Source of the DNA: a virus
Taxonomy: Duplodnaviria > Caudoviricetes
DNA: 60,514 nt
Direction: 5' to 3' (one strand)
IMG/VR virus record: IMGVR_UViG_3300025483_000009
Location: 1 to 60,514 of that record
This document shows, piece by piece, positions 57,271-60,514 of the stretch (positions within the stretch are counted from its first letter, which is position 1; every line of letters begins with the position of its first letter). Under the pieces are notes generated by a model, which was given only the letters and a program-made list of their open reading frames with translations, did no database searches and was not told where the DNA came from. Both the position numbers and the translations under genes were made by a program.

Positions 57271-57484
57271 TATTGTAGCACTGCTGTCTGGTCTCACCTC
57301 TCTTGGTTTGATCAGTGGCAGTGCTTATCTTTTATTGAATAAAGATACGCTTATTGAAAGCGCAAGACAAAATGTAACCACTGCTGCTACCGAAGCAATC
57401 ACCCAGGCACTTCCTGGTTTGATTGATGCAGCTATGCCTGAGTTACCTAAGACTACAGGTCCTGCTACTAGTATATTACCATGA
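57254..57484 (+). CDS. Small membrane-anchored protein
   Basis: N-terminal hydrophobic helix; Pro-rich tail; ATGA-coupled to the next ORF. Confidence 0.7.
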   Translation: MQKIINIVALLSGLTSLGLISGSAYLLLNKDTLIESARQNVTTAATEAITQALPGLIDAAMPELPKTTGPATSILP

Positions 57485-58101
57485 CAAATGACACATTCAG
57501 AGTAGGAGATCCAAATAAAAAACCATCTGGGTTTAAAATAATCATCAGCACTGTTGGCGCACTCTTTGCCATCTCACACATAGGTCTTTTAGGTTATCTG
57601 ATTGACAGGAAAGAAGAACCACAAGTTCCTCAGGTTCCAGTCATTAATATTCCTAGAGGAGACTATTCATCTTATAGAATCAAAGCTGGTCCTGATGGAT
57701 ATGAAGTTGAGTACCGTGCAAACGATCCTAAAATTCTAGAGTCAGAGAGGTCACTCGATCTGAACAAAGAGAAGCGTGGAATGTTTGGTGGTGGATCTGA
57801 AGAACGAACAGAGTATCGTCGTGATCAGTACACCATGGATGGCACTCGCAACATCGGAGGTAGCGTCTCAGACGCTGAGGGAAAGACGAATGCAAAAAGC
57901 GCCGAGTGTATAGCGGCGGACGCTGGAGCACGCGCTCAGGGTGCGATGGCAGGTAGTGCTATTGCTGCTGGAGTTGCTGTTCCTGCCCTTGCTAGCGTCC
58001 CCTATGTGGGTTGGTTGGCAGGTGGTTGGGCATTGCTGTTAGGTCAGCGTGCTGGTTCCGAAATGGGATCACAAGTTGGACAAGTATTTAATGATTGCTA
58101 A
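57481..58101 (+). CDS. Membrane protein with glycine-zipper-like C-terminus
   Basis: N-terminal TM; GAMAGSAIAAG...PYVGWLAGGW...GSEMGSQVG. Confidence 0.75.
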   Translation: MTNDTFRVGDPNKKPSGFKIIISTVGALFAISHIGLLGYLIDRKEEPQVPQVPVINIPRGDYSSYRIKAGPDGYEVEYRANDPKILESERSLDLNKEKRGMFGGGSEERTEYRRDQYTMDGTRNIGGSVSDAEGKTNAKSAECIAADAGARAQGAMAGSAIAAGVAVPALASVPYVGWLAGGWALLLGQRAGSEMGSQVGQVFNDC

Positions 58102-58268
58102 TGAACTTTGAATTGACGATGGAAGACTTTACCATCATACAGAATGCACTTCATTACTATAAAAAGGTGGAAAAGTATCCTAACTTTGCACATTTTGATG
58201 AAGATCGTATCAATGAACTGCGAGACAAACTAGCAAAACAGTTGTGTCCTAATACATTCGGTGACTAA
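58101..58268 (+). CDS. Hypothetical 55-aa protein (not in the ORF track)
   Basis: TAATG-coupled; MNFELTMEDFTIIQNALHYYKK... Confidence 0.6.
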   Translation: MNFELTMEDFTIIQNALHYYKKVEKYPNFAHFDEDRINELRDKLAKQLCPNTFGD

Positions 58269-59057
58269 ATGGAAATTAATGATATCCAAATTGATATCAA
58301 TGATGTAAACATACCCGACATCAGAGTATATCAACCACCTAGTTGGACAACAAATCCATCATCAATATTTGCTGCACCTCCTGTGACGCAGCAGATTGGT
58401 GTTCCTGTGGTTGATATACCTGGGTGTGTAGAGGCACATGAACAAAACACTAGCAGAGAGAAGAGTGGTATTCTCAATCAAGATGATCCGAAGGGTGTAA
58501 AAGTATATTGTGATGCTGGTGTTCCATCATTTAATCCGATGGACTATGATAAAGATAATCTTGAGTTTAAGTATGAAGCACCTGTACCACCAGTAAATCC
58601 TACTCCACCAGCACCAGATGTTCCTAAACCAGCAGCAGTACCAAAAGAAACAGCGAAGACTGTAAACTGTCCTACCCCAGCACAGGAAGCAAAGGAACCT
58701 GTCGGCACAATGGTAGAGGGATTTAGGAAGAAAGTTATTGAGTATAAATTACTGGGTAACGAATGTGTACAAATCACCGAAGCGGTTCCACTACCAACAC
58801 AAATCGTTGCTGGACTTCCTAGTGGTGGTCAGGTCATGCAGGTTGGCGGCGTTGCTGTCATTGCTACAACATCAGCACTACTAGCAAAACCGTTGGCAGA
58901 TCTGCTATTGAAAGCAGTCAAACCAACGGTCAAGAAAGTTATTAAAAAGATTGCTAAGATCAGGGGGAAGTCCTTGCCCGTTGAGTCTGTAAAGGACCGC
59001 CGAGATCAGCAGCGGATTCGCTCACACGCGATTCGGAAGTTGAAGGGGAAGGAATAG
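58269..59057 (+). CDS. Pro-rich hypothetical protein with hydrophobic segment and basic tail
   Basis: IGVPVVDIPGCVEAH, IATTSALLAKPL. Confidence 0.75.
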   Translation: MEINDIQIDINDVNIPDIRVYQPPSWTTNPSSIFAAPPVTQQIGVPVVDIPGCVEAHEQNTSREKSGILNQDDPKGVKVYCDAGVPSFNPMDYDKDNLEFKYEAPVPPVNPTPPAPDVPKPAAVPKETAKTVNCPTPAQEAKEPVGTMVEGFRKKVIEYKLLGNECVQITEAVPLPTQIVAGLPSGGQVMQVGGVAVIATTSALLAKPLADLLLKAVKPTVKKVIKKIAKIRGKSLPVESVKDRRDQQRIRSHAIRKLKGKE

Positions 59058-59877
59058 AATGTGTATGTGGTGTGATAACATTCTTTCCAACTACCATCAC
59101 ATCAGCACAGATCTTTGCCATCTCTGTACCAGGACGAAACATAATTCCAGCTTTCATTAACTCACCACAATTTTTGAGTCTCGCAATCTCAAAATCCAAC
59201 CTCTTATTAGCATGTGCTTGTTGCATCAATTGGATGTTAGATGCTGCTGCTTTCTTACACAGATCTTGTAAATTTTTATCTATAGGTGTGCTCCATGTCA
59301 TAGAGAAACCTACACCTAAACTATAGTTATCTTTCTGTCCTGTTCTAGTTTTTTTGGTGAACAAAATATCGCCAGGATTATCAATACGCCCATCACCAAT
59401 AGGTTTTCCATCATCATCAAAGTCGCCAAAGTTATCGGTGACATCATATACTGGGTCATTAAAGAATGGTTCGTATGGTTTAGAAGCAGAAGCACTTCCT
59501 GTTACATACGGAGTGAAGTTGCGAGTGGGACCTTGACACTGTATCCCTCCACCATATGTGTTTGTAATGTATGGTCCTTGAAGGACTTGTATAGCCTGGT
59601 TTGTAACGGAGCCTGAACTGTTAGCCACAGGAGAAGCAGTAGCAGAAACACCACCAATAGTTTCAGCATAAGAATTTAATGGTAATAATGATCCGAGAAT
59701 AACTGCTCCAATTATTGACTGAAAATGGAGGTTGTGTCGGTTACGCTTGTGACCTCTGTCACCCTTTGGATGATCGTATGATTTTGTAAACCTGGAGAAG
59801 ACAGAGTTTCTGTAAACTGAAACGCTGCTCCTGGTGTTGTTTGTGTGAAGGATGGTTTTCCTGTTACCCCAGTCCAT
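58960..59877 (-). CDS. Secreted-type hypothetical protein (true start uncertain)
   Basis: Signal-like IIGAVILGSLLPLNSYA; GGVSATASPVANSSGSVTNQAIQ; RLDFEIARLKNC. Confidence 0.75.
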   Translation of the reverse strand: MDWGNRKTILHTNNTRSSVSVYRNSVFSRFTKSYDHPKGDRGHKRNRHNLHFQSIIGAVILGSLLPLNSYAETIGGVSATASPVANSSGSVTNQAIQVLQGPYITNTYGGGIQCQGPTRNFTPYVTGSASASKPYEPFFNDPVYDVTDNFGDFDDDGKPIGDGRIDNPGDILFTKKTRTGQKDNYSLGVGFSMTWSTPIDKNLQDLCKKAAASNIQLMQQAHANKRLDFEIARLKNCGELMKAGIMFRPGTEMAKICADVMVVGKNVITPHTHSIPSPSTSESRVSESAADLGGPLQTQRARTSP

Positions 59878-60131
59878 GATGATGTCACTCCATTAATAGT
59901 TACATTGTTTGATCCTGTCGTAGGAGACAGGTTACCGCTAGCGGTCACTCCAGATCCAGTCACAGAGTATTGATACCCTGTGCTATAGTCCATCGAGTTG
60001 ATTGTTTCAGTGATCTTACTTGTAGTCTCAGTGTGGCTAGTCATGGAGCCCTGTGTGAAGTTCGGGACCACTGGGACCGCTTGCGCTGCAGACGACCCCA
60101 ACAACAATGCCACGAAAAGTAATCTTCTCAT
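59712..60131 (-). CDS. Secreted Thr/Ser-rich hypothetical protein
   Basis: GAGG RBS; signal peptide MRRLLFVALLLGSSAAQA; VPVVPNF. Confidence 0.8.
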   Translation of the reverse strand: MRRLLFVALLLGSSAAQAVPVVPNFTQGSMTSHTETTSKITETINSMDYSTGYQYSVTGSGVTASGNLSPTTGSNNVTINGVTSSWTGVTGKPSFTQTTPGAAFQFTETLSSPGLQNHTIIQRVTEVTSVTDTTSIFSQ

Positions 60132-60143
60132 GACTATTTAACC

Positions 60144-60514
60144 TCAGTCAATTACAGTGATCTCACTAACAAATTGTCCTGTTGCAGTAGTACCAGCACC
60201 ACCAGCCGTCACGGTTAGAGCACCAGTTGTGCCTAAAGTACCTGCTAGACTACCAGCAGTGCCAGCTGTATAACTTGTCATTGATGAGAAGTTAGGAACA
60301 TCACCTACAGTAGGAGCAACAGTTGGGATTACATCAGCCTGAGTAAACGACTGACTGTAAGAGAAAGCATTTCCATCAGTTGCCTGAGTTGCTGTGATAG
60401 TACCAGGAGCAAGGATACCAGAGGTAATTGTTCCAGTAGAGACAGCACCTGATGTGGAACCATCAGTAGTATTGATACCACTACCAGAAATTGAGTATGA
60501 ATTTCCCACACGAG
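60144..60514 (-). CDS. Thr/Gly-rich hypothetical protein (5' end outside the window)
   Basis: Frame open to the window edge; FSYSQSFTQAD, AGGAGTTATGQF. Confidence 0.7.
   Translation of the reverse strand, partial: RVGNSYSISGSGINTTDGSTSGAVSTGTITSGILAPGTITATQATDGNAFSYSQSFTQADVIPTVAPTVGDVPNFSSMTSYTAGTAGSLAGTLGTTGALTVTAGGAGTTATGQFVSEITVID

Noticed and set aside
353-57931. Numerous minus-strand and alternate-frame ORFs in the track (e.g. 9097-9720, 28619-29242, 18662-19165)
   Set aside because: They shadow well-supported plus-strand genes, lack RBS or motifs, and are expected from codon bias
60135-60140. Minus-strand TAAATA as a late promoter
   Set aside because: It lies between the GAGG RBS and the ATG of the 139-aa gene, so it cannot serve that gene; probably AT-rich spacer
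1-60514. Stop-codon reassignment, integrase/prophage features, or photosynthesis genes
   Set aside because: Core genes end at TAA, TGA and TAG at expected lengths; no suppressor tRNA, integrase, psbA or hli was seen in this window

Overview
This window is a 60.5-kb segment of a T4-like marine cyanomyophage genome (Kyanoviridae-type; host probably Synechococcus or Prochlorococcus, inferred from gene content). Almost all genes lie on the + strand. Order: terminase, tail and head module (g17-g18-g19-g20-g21-g22-g23); a run of tiny ORFs; g3, uvsY, uvsW, g55, g47, g46; a vWA/metallopeptidase and CobS-like AAA pair; replication genes (g45, g44, g62, regA, g43, uvsX, g41, g61, nrdA, nrdB). Auxiliary genes are interspersed: speD, dam, hsp20, mazG, thioredoxin, talC and four 2OG-Fe(II) oxygenases. 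The window also holds five tRNAs, a modular structured ncRNA candidate, fibre-like late genes, an S8 protease and a minus-strand cluster of secreted-type proteins. Best leads: (1) a late-promoter operon at 35.3-40.2 kb with a nuclease-like protein, a KxDG ligase-like protein, a nucleotidyltransferase and small proteins carrying T4 capsid-targeting-like N-termini, gated by a hairpin with the late promoter in its loop; (2) the repeated-module ncRNA at 51.69-51.95 kb; (3) an overprinted membrane ORF beside the putative endolysin; (4) back-to-back sigma70 promoters upstream of g55. All calls come from motif recognition and synteny; no database searches were run.
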